The notes under the pieces were generated by a model that was given only the letters and a program-made list of their open reading frames with translations, had not been told where the DNA came from and did not search any database. Both the position numbers and the translations under genes were made by a program. Positions 1-12,165 of a stretch of DNA of 64,000 nucleotides are shown piece after piece. Numbering within the stretch: position 1 is the first letter of the stretch; every line of letters begins with the position of its first letter. This DNA comes from Mobula hypostoma (taxonomy: Eukaryota), in contig NC_086101.1 of the NCBI RefSeq assembly GCF_963921235.1, positions 5,148,001 through 5,212,000 on the forward strand, written 5' to 3'.

Positions 1-505
1 TCCCTCTAAGGCAAGGATGTCTTTCCTCAGATTAGGGGACCAAAACTGCACACAATACTCCAGGTGTGGTCTCACCAAGGCCTTGTACAACTGCAGTAGT
101 ACCTCCCTGCTCCTGTACTCGAATCCTCTCACTATAAATGCCAGCATACCATTCGCCTTTTTCACCGCCTGCTGTACCTGCATGCCCACTTTCAATGACT
201 GGTGTATAATGACACCCAGGTCTCGTTGCACCTCCCCTTTTCCTAATCGGCCACCATTCAGATAATAATCTGTTTTCCTATTTTTGCCACCAAACTGGAT
301 AACTTCACATTTATCCACATTAAATTGCATCTGCCATGAATTTGCCCACTCACCCAACCTATCCAAGTCATCCTGCATCCTCTTAGCATCCTCCTCACAG
401 CTAACACTGCCACCCAGCTTCGTGTCATCCGCAAACTTGGAGATGCTGCATTTAATTCCCTCATCCAAGTCATTAATATATATTGTAAACATCTGGGGTC
501 CCAGC
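1..505 (-). mobile_element. CR1-type LINE, RT C-terminal fragment
   Basis: Reverse strand encodes KFADDTKLGG...LVRPHLEYCVQFWSP; near-identical to 17245-17750. Confidence 0.9.
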
Positions 506-759
506 ATTATTACCTCCCCCAGCAATGACAATGTTAAAGGGGCGTTGGTCTCTTATCATCTTGTATATGTCTATCAAGTTGAACTCGCTGCCCTCTCTAA
601 TGCAACCAAAGCTGAAGACATCAGCTGCTGTGTTAAAGAGCCCGTGTTACTGCCGTCCTCTGACGAGCATTACCCTAAAGCTCGCCCCTCGCCCCCCGCC
701 CCCAGTGCCTCCAGGGAAGCTTGCTCAATGTAGGCTGAGCCTGCAGCTGCATGTCAGTG

Positions 760-1250
760 TGTTCAGTTCTGCTCACCTCATTATAGGGAAGACATGTTAG
801 CTTTAGAGAGGGTGCAGAAGAGATTTACCAGGATGCTGGCTGGGATAGTGAGTGTGTGTTATGACGACAGGTTGAGTGAGCTGTGTTTTTCTCTTTGGAG
901 CGAAGGAAGATGAGGGGTGACTTGATAGAGGTGTACAAGATGATGAGAGGCACAGGTAGAGTCGGCAGCCAGAGACTTTTCCCAGGGCAGAAATGGCTAG
1001 TATGATGGGGCATAATTTTAAGGAAGCGATAGGGGGAGATGTCAGAGGCAGGATTTTTACGCAGTGATGGATGTGTGGAATGCCCTGCCAAGGGCATTGG
1101 TAGAGGCAGATACATTAGGAACCTTTGAGACACTGTTAGATGGATGATGAAAAAATGGAGGGTTTTGTGGGAGGGAAGGGTTAGATTTATTTTGGTGTAG
1201 GTTGAAGGGTTAGTACAACATTGTAGGCCGAAGGGCCTGCACTGTGCTGT
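760..1250 (+). mobile_element. Degenerate CR1 3' fragment
   Basis: Decayed ERVQKRFTRML...RRKMRGDLIEVYK tail motifs plus the 3' UTR shared with other copies in the window. Confidence 0.8.
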
Positions 1251-1337
1251 GTTTGAAAGTTCAGAGCAATGCTGCTCTGATTGAAGGGTGCAGCATTGTC
1301 TCCTCTCACATGTAACATTGCTTTTTTTTCTCCACAG

Positions 1338-1622
1338 CCACTGGGATTCAACCTCAGATCGAGATTAAAGGCCACTCCACGGGTGGCATCAGCCTCAGCT
1401 GCACATCGGAGAAGTGGTTCCCAGAGCCGTTGGTCCAGTGGGTGGACGGGAATGGTGTCGGCGTGGCGGTGAAGCCGGAAACTACATACCGGGTGGATTC
1501 CCGGGGCTTGTACAGCGTCTGCAGCACCATCGAGGTCTCCCAGGACAACATGAACACGTACTCCTGCCAGATTACCAACACGGCTGTGGCTGACTTTAAG
1601 CAGGCCAGGATACAGATCTCAG
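1338..1622 (+). CDS. Butyrophilin/B7-family IgC exon of a BTN-like receptor (5' exons upstream of window)
   Basis: Acceptor tttttttctccacag, donor gttcgt, 285 nt, phase 1-1. Encodes TGIQPQIEIKGHSTGGISLSCTSEKWFPEPLVQWVDGNG...DSRGLYSVCSTIEV...TYSCQITN...ARIQIS, with the C-x-S-x-x-W-F-P-x-P-x-V-x-W and GLY...YSC motifs of BTN/B7 IgC domains. Confidence 0.92.
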
Positions 1623-2019
1623 GTTCGTCACTTCTAACAAACCACACAGGGGATGGGGAAAGGGTTGAATGACGCGGTCACAGAAGTTGCAAAGTGAGGT
1701 GAGGTCGGTCCGTTAAGTGGAGTAACATCTTCTCTTGAATAAAGGCTCCTAAGAGGACATGGACACTGGGTGTGTGGAGAGGCGGGCAACCTAGCAGAAA
1801 TGCTGTGAAGTTCGAAGTAGAATTTACTATCAAAGTATATACACAGTAGCATATACTATCTTGAGATTCATTGTCTTGCAGGCATTTACAGGAAAATAAA
1901 TAAATACAATAAAATTTTAACATCTATTTGGATCAACTGAACTGAAACAAAGACTGACAAATGCTGATGTGCAAGAGAAGACACTGCAAATTGAAAATGA
2001 CAACAGAACAGAGGCCTTC

Positions 2020-3365
2020 CTTTGGTTGGGACCGACCATGTTGTTGTGGTCCAACTTGTCCACGTGATACGCAAGCCAGAGCAGTGTGATATAGAACATA
2101 GACATAGAATAGTACAGCACATTACAGGCCCTTCAGCCCACAATGTTGTGCCGACCCCTAAACCCTGCCTCCCATATAACCCCCCTCACCTTAAATTCCT
2201 CCATATACCTGTCTAGTAGTCTCTTAAACTTCATGAGTGTATCTGCCCCCACCACTGACTCAGGCAGTGCATTCCACGCACCAACCACTCTCTGAGTAAA
2301 AAACCTTCCTCTAATTTCCCCCTTGAACTTCCCACTCCTTGCCTTAAAGCCATGGCCTCTTGTATTGAGCAGTGGTGCCCTGGGGAAGAGGCGCTGGCTG
2401 TCCACTCTATCTATTCCTCTTAATATCTTGTACACCTCTATCATGTCTCCTCTCATCCTCCTTCTCTCCAAAGAGTAAAGCCCTAGCTCCCTTAATCTCT
2501 GATCATAATGGATACTCTTTAAACCAGGCAGCATCCTGGTAAATCTCCGCTGTACCCTTTCCAATGCTTCCACATCCTTCCTATAGTGAGGTGACCAGAA
2601 CTGGACACAGTACTCCAAGTGTGGCCTAACCAGAGTTTTATAGAGCTGCATCATTACCTCGTGACTCTTAAACTCTATCCCTCGACTTATGAAAGCTAAC
2701 ACCCCATAAGCTTTCTTAACTGCCCTATCCACCTGTGAGGCAACTTTCAGGGATCTGTGGATATGTACCCCGAGATCCCTCTGCTCCTCCACACTACCAA
2801 GTATCCTGCCATTTACTTTGTACTCTGCCTTGGAGTTTGTCCTTCCAAAGTGTACCACCTCACACTTTTCCTATGGAGAGCATCTATTGCCCACGTGGCA
2901 GGCTCCCTCTCTCCACGCAGTGGATGAATCCGAAGAAACAACAGAGACCGATGCGGTTTGATACCAGCGGTGTCACACGCAGGAGTTGCTAGTCGGCGTC
3001 GAGCTCAGTGTAGGACTGACTCGGGGCTCGCCAGTTCCCGATTTACCCTCTGGGTTTACTCCTGTGCCTTCCCCATGAGTGAGGCTAGCCGCAAGGCGGC
3101 GGAGGTTTGAGATCAGAGTTTTCCTTCTCACTGAGCTGCCGGCCTCGGCTGAGGAGCCCCCTCTGCCCGAAGCAGCTGGTTTGAAGGCACCTTTCTCCTG
3201 TCAGTAGGAGTGTTTCTGTTGGGCTTCGTAGCTACTCCACACGTGAAGGGCAGGGGCTGGACTTGGTTGTCAGAGGCTCTTTGAGAAGCTCTTGCCATTC
3301 GGTAGATGGTTTGATAGGTGCTGGGAGCTTATCCACATTCCTACCCCTGGCTGCGACAACCTTTG
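2020..3365 (-). mobile_element. Non-coding RTE-related interspersed element, split by a CR1 insertion (~2093-2870)
   Basis: Same sequence recurs at ~6690-7145, ~20810-21500, ~26170-26325 (+) and ~49300-49643; shared motif GGAGAAGGAAAACTCTGATCTCAAACCTCCGCYGCCTTGCGGCTA. RTE assignment is by recollection only. Confidence 0.6.
2093..2870 (-). mobile_element. 5'-truncated CR1 LINE with open ORF2 C-terminus
   Basis: ORF 2133..2858: QRDLGV...LVRPHLEYCVQFWSPHYRKD...RRRMRGDMIEVYK...TRGHGFK...FFTQRVV; short TTCTATG-type tail. Confidence 0.92.
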
Positions 3366-3699
3366 TTGTTGAGTGCCGTCAAGTTGTCGCCGACTCATGG
3401 CAACCCTGTGGCTGGTGTGGTTGTCCAGCTTCCTTAGTAGCCTTCACGAACCCAAAATAATATAAATAAATAATACTGAGAGCGTGCAAAGAGTCCTTGA
3501 AAGTGAGTCCATAGGTTGTGGAATGGGTTCAGTGTTGAGGTGAGTGAAGTAATCCACGTTGATTCAAGAGCCTGATGGTTGTTCCTGTTGGTCACGGACC
3601 TGAACGGCTATTAACCTTCAACCATCAGGCTCCTGAACTGGTGTGGACAACTTCACCCAGTTCAACTCTGAACTGATTTCACATCCTCTTCCCACCCCG

Positions 3700-4855
3700 T
3701 TACCCCATCCCCTTCTCTCAATTCCTCCATCTCCGCCACATTGCTCTCAGCATGAGGCTTTTCACGCCAGAATGAAGGAGATGTCCTCCTTTTCCAAAGA
3801 AAGCTGCTTCCCTTCCTCCACCATCAACGCTGCCCTCAGCCGCATCTCTTCCATCTCACACAAGTCTGCCCTTACCCCATCCCGCTGCCATCCTACCAGG
3901 GATAGGGTTCCTCTTGTCCTCACCTACCACCCCACCTGCCTCCACGTCCAGCACAGAAATAGTCTGAAATTTCCACCACCTCCAACGGGATCCCACCACC
4001 AAGCACATCTTTCCCTGCCCCTCCCCCACTTTCTGCTTTCCGCAGGGCGCAGGGATCGCTCCCTACACGCCTCCCTTGTCCATTCGTCCCTCCCCACTGA
4101 TCTCTCACTTATCTTTGCAAACGGAGCAAGTGCTACACCTGCCCCTACACCTCCATTCAGGGCCCCAGACAGTCCTTCCAGGTGAGCCGACACTTCACCT
4201 GTGAGTCTGTTGGGGTCATATACCATGTCTCGTGCTCCCGGTGTGGCCTCCTGTATTTCGGTGAGACCTGACATGGATTGGGAGACTGCTTTGCCAGGCT
4301 CCTACTCTCCGTCCAGAAAAATTCCGCTTCCCATTCCCATTAAGATATGTCTATCCATGGCCTCCTCCACTGTCATGACGAGGCCACTCAGGTTGGAGGA
4401 ACAACGCCTTATATTTTATCTGGGTAGCCTCCAACCTGATGGCATGAACATTGACTTCTCTAACTTCCGTTAATGCTTTCCTTCTCCATCTCTGCATCTT
4501 TCCCCCTCCCCTTTTCCCTCTCTCACCTTATCTCCTTGCCCGCCCATCGCCTCCCTCTGGTGCTCCTCTCCCCCTTTGCTTTCTTCCGTGGCCTTCTGTC
4601 CTCTCCGATCAGACTCCCCCTTCTCCAGCCCTGTATCTCTTTCACCGATCAACTTCCCAGCTCTTTACTTCATCCCTCTTCCTCCAGGTTTCACCCTGTG
4701 TTTTTCAGTCGCCTCTCCCCCACCTTTTAAATCTACTCCTCAGCAATTTTTCTCCAGTCCTGCCGAAGGGTCTCAGCCTGAAACGTTGACTGTGCTATTT
4801 TCCCGTAGATGCTGCCTGGCCTGCTGAGTTCCTCCAGCATTTTGTGTGTGTTTAC
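3700..4855 (+). mobile_element. Penelope-like element, degenerate (GIY-YIG region plus terminal repeat)
   Basis: RDRVPLVLTYHP and RLEEQRLIFYLGSLQPDGMNIDF motifs; terminal repeat with a decayed hammerhead at ~4756-4793; homologous to 12790-14040. Confidence 0.85.
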
Positions 4856-5229
4856 AACCTACAGGCTTACTTTCGTGGCCTCTACAACTCGCGTCCTCAG
4901 TAGTAAATTATTTGTCTTGTTTTGCCCTTTGGTTGTTTGTTGGTCTTTGTCAGTGTTTGTTTTACTGTGAATGCCTGCAAGAAAATGAAACTCAGGGTAT
5001 CATATGATGACACATACATACTTTAATAATAAATTTACTTTGAGTTTTGAACCCACTGCAGTGGGACCCAAGGCTCCTGTACCTCCTGCCGGATGGTGGT
5101 AGTGAGGAGAGAGCATTGCCTGGGTGGTGGGGGTCCTTGATGATGGATGCTGCTTTCCTGTGGCAGCTCGCCTTGTAGATGTGCTCAGTGGTAGGGAGGG
5201 TTGGAGGGACGGGGGGTGCGGTTATGAGG

Positions 5230-6435
5230 TGAGGAGTGAAAAGTGCTTGGGCAGCAGTGGGAGGAGGCTTTCAGGAGCAAGATAGTTCAGCTGGTTGAGA
5301 GGTGTCGTTGCAACAACCTTGTCAGTAAGACCAAGGAATTGATTGTGGACTTCTGGAAGGGTAAGTTAAGGGAACACACACCAGTCCTCATTGACGGGTC
5401 GGCAGTGGAAAGGGTGAGCGGTTTCAAGTTCCTGGGTGTCATCATCTCTGACGATCTCTCCTGGGCCCGACACATCGATGTAATTACAAATAAGGCACAA
5501 CAGCAGCTGTAGTTCATTAGGAGTTTGAGGAGACTTGGGATGTCACCAAAGAAGCTCCCAAACTTTTACATATGTGATCTGATAGAGGTTTATAAAATTA
5601 TGATGGGTATAGATAGAGTGAATGCAAGCAGGCTTTTTCCACTGAGGCAAGGGGAGAAAAAAACCAGAGGACATGGGTTAAGGGTGAGGGGGGAAAAGTT
5701 TAAAGGGAACATTAGGGGGGGCTTCTTCACACAGAGAGTGGTGGGAATGTGGAATGAGCTGCCAGACGAGGTGGTAAATGCGGGTTCTTTTTTAACATTT
5801 AAGAATAAATTGGACAGATACATGGATGGGAGGTGTATGGAGGGATATGGTCCGTGTGCAGGTCAGTGGGACTAGGCAGAAAGTGGTTCGGTACAGCCAA
5901 GAAGGGCCAAAAGGCCTGTTTCTGTGCTGTGGTTTCTATGGTTCTATGTGCTGTGGAGAGCATTCTAACTGGCTGTATCGCCGCCTGGTATTGGGGGGGG
6001 GTGGGGGGGGGATCACTGCACAAGATCGGAAAAAGTTGCCAAAAGTTGTAAACTCAGCCGCGTCCATCATGGGCACTGGCCTCCCCAACATCGAGAAAAC
6101 TTTCAAAAGCTGATGCCTCAAAAAGGTGGCACCCGTCATTGAGGACCCTCACCCAGGTCTTGCCCCCTACTCACAGTTTCCATCAGGGAGCGGCTACAGA
6201 AGCCTGAAGGCACACACTCAGCGATTCAGGAACAGCTCCTTCCCCTCTGCCATCCGATTTCTGAATGGACATTGAACCCGTGAACACTGCCTCACTATCT
6301 TCTCCCTCCCTATTTCCACTTTAATTTAATTTATTTTTATATATACTTATTTATATTATTCGGTATCACAATGTACTGCTGCTCAAAACCTATTTGATGA
6401 CGTATGCCGGTGATATTCAACCCGGTTCTGGTTCT
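5230..6435 (+). mobile_element. Rex/Babar-type LINE 3' fragment with nested CR1 (~5575-5945)
   Basis: SKTKELIVDF...ERVSGFKFLGVIISDDLSW then VESILTGCIAAWY; interrupted by CR1 tail DLIEVYKIM...TRGHGLRV. Confidence 0.85.
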
Positions 6436-6513
6436 GAGAGAATGTGGTTGACCAAAGCTGAGTGAGGAGGGAGGGGAGTGAGAGTTCTTGATGCTGTCCT
6501 TTACTCCCTGCAG

Positions 6514-6633
6514 ATAGCTTCTTCCCTCGAATGTCGAAGTGGGTGATTGGCTTCATTCTCCTGCTGCTGGTCATTTTTGTAATTTTGGGTCTGGCCTATT
6601 ACAACCATCGCAGGATGCAGCGGTGCATAGACG
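6514..6633 (+). CDS. BTN-like gene, transmembrane exon
   Basis: Acceptor ctttactccctgcag, donor gtgagt, 120 nt, phase 1-1. Encodes DSFFPRMSKWVIGFILLLLVIFVILGLAYYNHRRMQRCID; the xFFP start is typical of BTN TM exons, followed by a hydrophobic span and basic stop-transfer residues. Confidence 0.92.
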
Positions 6634-7877
6634 GTGAGTGCGGCTCAGCGAACGGGTAACGGCCGGGTCCCTCTGTGGCTCAGGGTCGGCCTTTATGTCG
6701 CGTCCTTGCTGTCTGCGTTGGATACGTAAACCGGGGCAGTACTAAGTAAAACAAGCTGTCAACCCGTGTAGCCAAATCAAAAGGAACAGCAGAACATGAT
6801 AAAAGTTTGGCGGCAGTGGTGTCGCCAGTCAGCGTTGAACTCTTGCCTTGGGGACTCCAGCTCCGCTCTTTTCCTCGGAGTTTACTGCCAAAGCTCTCCC
6901 CATGAGTGGGTATAACCACAAGGCGGCAGAGCTTGAAATCAGGATTTCCCTTCTCCGAGATGACCTGCCTGAAGCGACTGGTTTTAAGGTGCCAGTAACC
7001 CACCTTTGCCCCTTCTGTCAGTAGAAACAGTACTTGAGCCACACGTGAAGGCCAGGAGCTGGACTTGCTTGTCAGAGGCTATTTGAGTTGCACGTCATTT
7101 GGTAGGTAGTGGGAGCTCCCCCCATCTATGACAACCTTAAGGAACTGAGTAATATCACATCCCCCAGAAAGGCAGAAGGTACTGGGAGTTAAGTGGAACA
7201 TAGAACAGAGCTGGGTCCGTTTCTCTGCTGTACTGCAGTATAGGTCACCTAATAGAACACAACAGTACAGGTCCTGTAGCTCACAATATCGTACTGACTC
7301 TCGGACCCTTCCCTCCCACATAGCCCTCTGGTCTTCTATCATCCATGTGCCTTTCTAAGAATCTCTTAATTGTCCCTAATGTATCTGCCTCACCATCACC
7401 CCGGCAGTGTGTTCCAGGATGCACTGTTTTTTTTTAAAAAAAGGCATACTCTGACATTCCCCCCCCAAACTTCCCTCCAATCACTTCAGCATTAAGCCCT
7501 CCTGTATTAGCTATTTCCACCTTGGGGGAAAGTTCTCTGGCTGTCCACTCTGTCTCATCATCTTGTACACCTCTATCAAGTTGCCTCTCGTCCTCCTTCG
7601 CTCCAAAGAGAAAAGCCCGAGCTCACTCAACATATCATCGTAAGACATGCCCTCTAATCCAGACAGCATCCTGGGAAATCTCCTCTCTAGAGTGTCCACA
7701 TCCTTCCTATAAGGTGAGCAGAGCTGACACGATGCTACAGGTGTGGTCTAACCAGAGTTTTGTAGAGCTGTAACACTATTGGGTGTATTGTTTGAATACA
7801 AGGCGACAGGCGAATGCTGTCTCTGTTTTAATTCACTGTGTTTCCTATTCTGACGAGTTTGTCATTTGTTCTTGCAG

Positions 7878-7904
7878 CTGTGAAGAAATCCTCGGGTGCT
7901 CTGA
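7878..7904 (+). CDS. BTN-like micro-exon 1 (AVKKSSGAL)
   Basis: ttgttcttgcag | 27 nt | gtaagt; phase 1-1, in frame. Confidence 0.82.
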
Positions 7905-8698
7905 GTAAGTAAAGCTTTGATTTGTAAGAGCACTGAACCAGGTCCTTAGCCGAACTGCGTCTTGTCTGCCCGTGTTGGCCTCACGTCAGTCTAAGCCCTT
8001 CCTGTTTGCCGACCTGTCCGTTTGCTGACGTATCTCCCTCATCCACTTTCATCGGCAGCTCATTCCTTATTCTGAAAAAACCTGCCCCTCGGGTTCCTAT
8101 TCAATCTCTCTCCAGTCGCCCTGCAGGACACCATCAGACGTAGGAGCAGAATTAGGCCCTTTGGCCCATCGAGTCTGCACCGCGATTCCATCAAAGCTGA
8201 TTTATTAACCCTCTTAACCTCATTTATCTGCCTCCTCCCTGCAACCTTTGACACTGTGACAAATGAAGATCCCATCGACCTCTGACTTAAATACAGGCCG
8301 ATGAAAGAACGAGAAATTCTCGTTCTTTTCTTCTTGCTTGAGTCAAGACTCTGGCTGTTGTCCAGTTGAAATGGTGTCCTTTAGTCTTCTGTATTGACAT
8401 ATAACGTAAAAAGAATCGGTCCCAACACAGACCCCTGTGGAGCACCACTAGACACTGGCGGTCAGCCAGAGGAGGCCTCCTCTATTCCCACTCTGTCTCC
8501 TGCCAATCAGCCACTGCTTTATCCGTGTTAGAATCTTTCCTGTGATACCATAGTCTTGTAGCTTGTTAAACAGCCTGGTGTGTGCCACCTTGTCAAAGCC
8601 CCTCTGAAAATCCAAGTACCGTGCCTTCTACCAGTAATGGTTCTGGGCAAGAGTGAAACTGCTGATTGATTTTTTTTGTTTCTTTCTCTTTGTTACAG

Positions 8699-8725
8699 AG
8701 ATCAATGAATTGAATGAACAACTTG
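8699..8725 (+). CDS. BTN-like micro-exon 2 (KINELNEQL)
   Basis: Long pyrimidine tract ...tttgttacag | 27 nt | gtaagt; phase 1-1. Confidence 0.86.
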
Positions 8726-8909
8726 GTAAGTGACCATCCGTAAAGGAGATTGTGAATTTATACCTATCAAGATGCTAGAGTGAGGGTATAGAGCTGGGGA
8801 TTTGTGGTGGGTACGGAGGAAGTTAGGGAGGGAACAGAACATTAGAGTGAAAAATCACATCTTTGTTTGAAGAAAGAGATTTACGATTCTTCCAATTTTA
8901 ATAAAATTA

Positions 8910-9745
8910 CAGTAAATTTATTACCCGAGTACATATATGTTACCATATACTACCCTGAGATTCATTTTCTTGTAGGCATTTACAGGAAAATGAAAATGCA
9001 ACAGAATTTATTAAAAGACTACACATAAACAAAGACTGACGAACTACCAATGTGCAGAAGAAGTCACATTGTACAAGTTAAAAAGAATTATTCTGAGAAC
9101 ATGAGTTGTAGAGTCCTTGAAAGTGAGTCTGTAGGTCGTGGAGTCAGTTCAACATTGTGGTGAGTGAAGGTATCCAGGCTGGTTCAGGAGCCTGATGGTT
9201 GAAGGGTAATAACTGTTCCTGAACCAGGTGGCTCCTGTCTCTTTTGCCCGATGGTAGCAGCGAGAAAACAGCATGGCTTGGATGGTGGGGGCCCTGGATG
9301 GTGGATGCTGCTTTCTTGTGGCAGCGCTCCTTGGAGATGTGCTCTGTGGTAGGGAGGCTGTTGCCTGTGATGGACTGGGCTGTATCCACCACTTTTTGTA
9401 GTCTTTTTCCATTCCTGGGCATTGGTGTTTCCAAACCGGGCCTTAATGCGACCAGTCAGGATACTCTCCATTGTGTTTCTATAGAAGTTTGTCGAAGCTT
9501 TAGATGACATAGTAAATCTATGTGAACTTCTAAGAAAGTAGGGTTGCTGTCAGGCCTTCTTTGTGATTGCACTTACCTGCTGGTCCCGGGACAGATCCTT
9601 GGATGTGAGAATGCCAAGGAATTTAAAACTCTCCACTTGATGAGGACTGGATCATGGACTTTTGATTTCTTCCTCCTGTAGTTGATGATCAGCTCATTAG
9701 TTTTGTTGATGCTGAGTGAGAGGTTCGTGTTGTGGCACCATTTGA
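8910..9745 (-). mobile_element. Rex/Babar-type LINE 3' fragment and 3' UTR
   Basis: Reverse ORFs NFYRNTMESILTG, LQKVVDTAQSITG...HPSHAVFSLLPSGKR, FRNSYYPSTIRLLN. Confidence 0.8.
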
Positions 9746-9859
9746 CCTTTGGATAATGTCCCTGTGTCCTGCAAACCTAATACATCCCAGCCCTTCATTT
9801 GATTCAGCCTAGATTAACCACTGTACCATCTGCCCATCCATTTTCCTGTGAATTACAGA

Positions 9860-10815
9860 AGATGGAATATTGTGTTCAGTTCTGGTCACCTCATTATAAG
9901 TAGGACGTAGAAGCTTTCAGGAGAGTGCAGAGGAGATTTCCCAGGGTGCTGCTTGGATTAGAGAAAATGTCATATGAGGATTGGCTGAGTGAACTGGGGC
10001 TTTTCTCTTTGGATTGAAGGAGGATGAGAAGTGACTTGGTCGAGTTGTGCAAGATGATAAAAGGCAGACTGAGTGGACAGCAGAGACTTTTTCCCGGCGC
10101 TAATATGAGGGGGCATAATTTGAAGTTGGTTGGAGGAAAGGAATACTGTGTGTAGTTTTGAGCCCCCTATCTTAGAACGGATGTTCTGATGTTGGAGAGA
10201 GTTCAGAGAAGATTTACGAGGATGATTCCTGGAATGCAGGGGCTAACATATGAGGAGCGTCTGTCGGCTCTTGGACTGCATTCATTAGAGTATAGAAGAA
10301 TGAAAGGGGATCTCTTAGAAACATTTTGAATGTTGAAAGGGTTGGACAGAGCAGATGTGGAAAGGTTGTTTCCCTTGGTGGGTGAGTCCAGGACAAGAGG
10401 CCGCAGTCTTAGAATTAGAGGGTACCCAGTTAAAACAGAGATGAGGAGAAATTTTTTTAGCCAGAGGGTCGAGGATTTATGGAATTCATTGCCACATACA
10501 GCTGTGGAGGCCCGATCATTGAGGGTGTTTGAGGAGGAGATTGATAGGTATCTAATTAGTCAGGGTATCAAGGGATATGGGGAAAAAGCCGGAAATTGGA
10601 ACTAGATGGGAGAATAGTTTAGCTCATGGTGGAGTGGCGGAGCAGACTTGATGGGCCGAATGGCCTACTTCTGCTCCTTTATCTTGTGATAAGCACATGG
10701 ATGATAGAAAACTGGACGGCTACCCTAACCCTAGCCCTAATGCTTGGATGAGAAGGGTTATAGTGATCTTAGAGTAGGTTAAAATTTTGGTGCAACGTTG
10801 TGGGTTGAAGGACGT
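9860..10815 (+). mobile_element. Two nested CR1 3' fragments
   Basis: EYCVQFWSPHY occurs twice; ORF 10330..10605 LKGLDRAD...SRTRGRSLRI...FFSQRV. Confidence 0.8.
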
Positions 10816-10819
10816 ATCA

Positions 10820-11060
10820 TTAGTATCATCGTGTGTTGTGTCGTATGATCATGCATTAGGGTTAGGGTTCAGATCATGGTCTTCCATCTGTCTACCGAGC
10901 AAGGGATCATTGCCTGTGGGGAAGACACGCTTCCTGCTGTTGCTCTATACATGACCATGATTGTTCTTGGCATGTTTTTCGATAGAAGTGGTTTGCCATT
11001 GCTGCCTTCTGGGCAGCGTCTTTACGAGGCTGGTGACCCCAGCCATCCGAGGTCACAAAA
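10820..11060 (-). mobile_element. SINE-like element with BovB/RTE-type tail motif
   Basis: Reverse complement matches 58950-59176, including the GAAGGCRATGGCAAACCACTTCT-type motif. Confidence 0.55.
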
Positions 11061-11286
11061 CCTGGGCCCGTACTGTGCTGAAGTGGTCCATTATTTGGTG
11101 ATCTTTTTGGGAAGATGAAATGATTTGATGGTGCAGATGCATTTCCTCCAGTTGAGAGAGGCAAAGCAAGGGGGACGAATCTTAAAATGGAGGGCAGGTA
11201 CTGGTTCACCAGAGACCTTTACGGTGTCAGATAGGTACCTTCATCATTGTCCCTAATTCCTAACCTGGAATTTTTGTCTCTTGCAG

Positions 11287-11313
11287 AGAACCAGAAGCAG
11301 TTAGCAGAAGGAG
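11287..11313 (+). CDS. BTN-like micro-exon 3 (ENQKQLAEG)
   Basis: tttttgtctcttgcag | 27 nt | gtgagt; phase 1-1. Confidence 0.86.
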
Positions 11314-11528
11314 GTGAGTCTTGGGATTAATTTATGGTGATCAAGTGTTCTGTGACAAAGAATACTGGTGGCAGATAGGCCATATGCCTTCCTGTGTGTT
11401 CAGCGAGGATACAATGAGTGAGAGGACATCCCTGCAGTGCATTCTTGTTCCTGCTGGGATTAACATATTGGATGCTTGTGTGTGACAATCCTGCGAACAT
11501 TGTGGGTACAACCCAGGAGGAGCCCCTT

Positions 11529-12165
11529 CATAGTCATAGTCATAGTTTATTGATCCCAGGGGAAATTGCGCCATAAATAATAAATAGTAATAAACCATAA
11601 ATAGTTAAATAGTAAAAAGTAAATTATGCCAGGAAATAAGTCCAGGACCAGCCTATTGGCTCAGGATGTCTGACACTCCCAGGGAGGAGTTGTAAAGTTT
11701 GATGGCCACAGGCAGGAATGACTTCCTATGATGCTCTGTGCTGCATCTCGGTGGAATGAGTCTCTGGCTGAATGTACTCCTGTGTCCACCCAGTACATTA
11801 TGTAGTGGATGGGAGACATTGTCCAAGATGGCACGCAACTTGGACAGCATCCTCTTTTCAGACACCACCGTCAGAGAGTCCAGTTCCATCCCCACAACAT
11901 CACTGGCCTTACGAATGAGTTTGTTGATTCTGTTGGTGTCTGCTACCCTCAGCCTGCTGCCCCAGCACACAACAGCAAACATGATAGCACTGGCCACCAC
12001 AGACTCGTAGAACAGCCTCAGCATCGTCCGGCAGATGTTAAAGGACCTCAGTCTCCTCAGGAAATAGAGACGGCTCTGACCCTTCTTGTAGACAGCCTCA
12101 GTGTTCTTTGACCAGTGCAGTTTATTGTCAACTCGTATCCCCAGGTATTTGTAATCCTCCACCCA
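11529..12165 (-). mobile_element. Young 5'-truncated Rex/Babar-type LINE
   Basis: Open ORF 11653..12162 YKYLGIRVDNKLHWS...SRLYFLRRLRSF...FYESVVASAIMFAVVCWG; (CTATGA)n tail at ~11529-11545. Confidence 0.88.

Noticed and set aside
284..733. 149-aa ORF and similar + strand ORFs (17528..17878, 39344..39829)
   Set aside because: Antisense frames of CR1 RT sequence.
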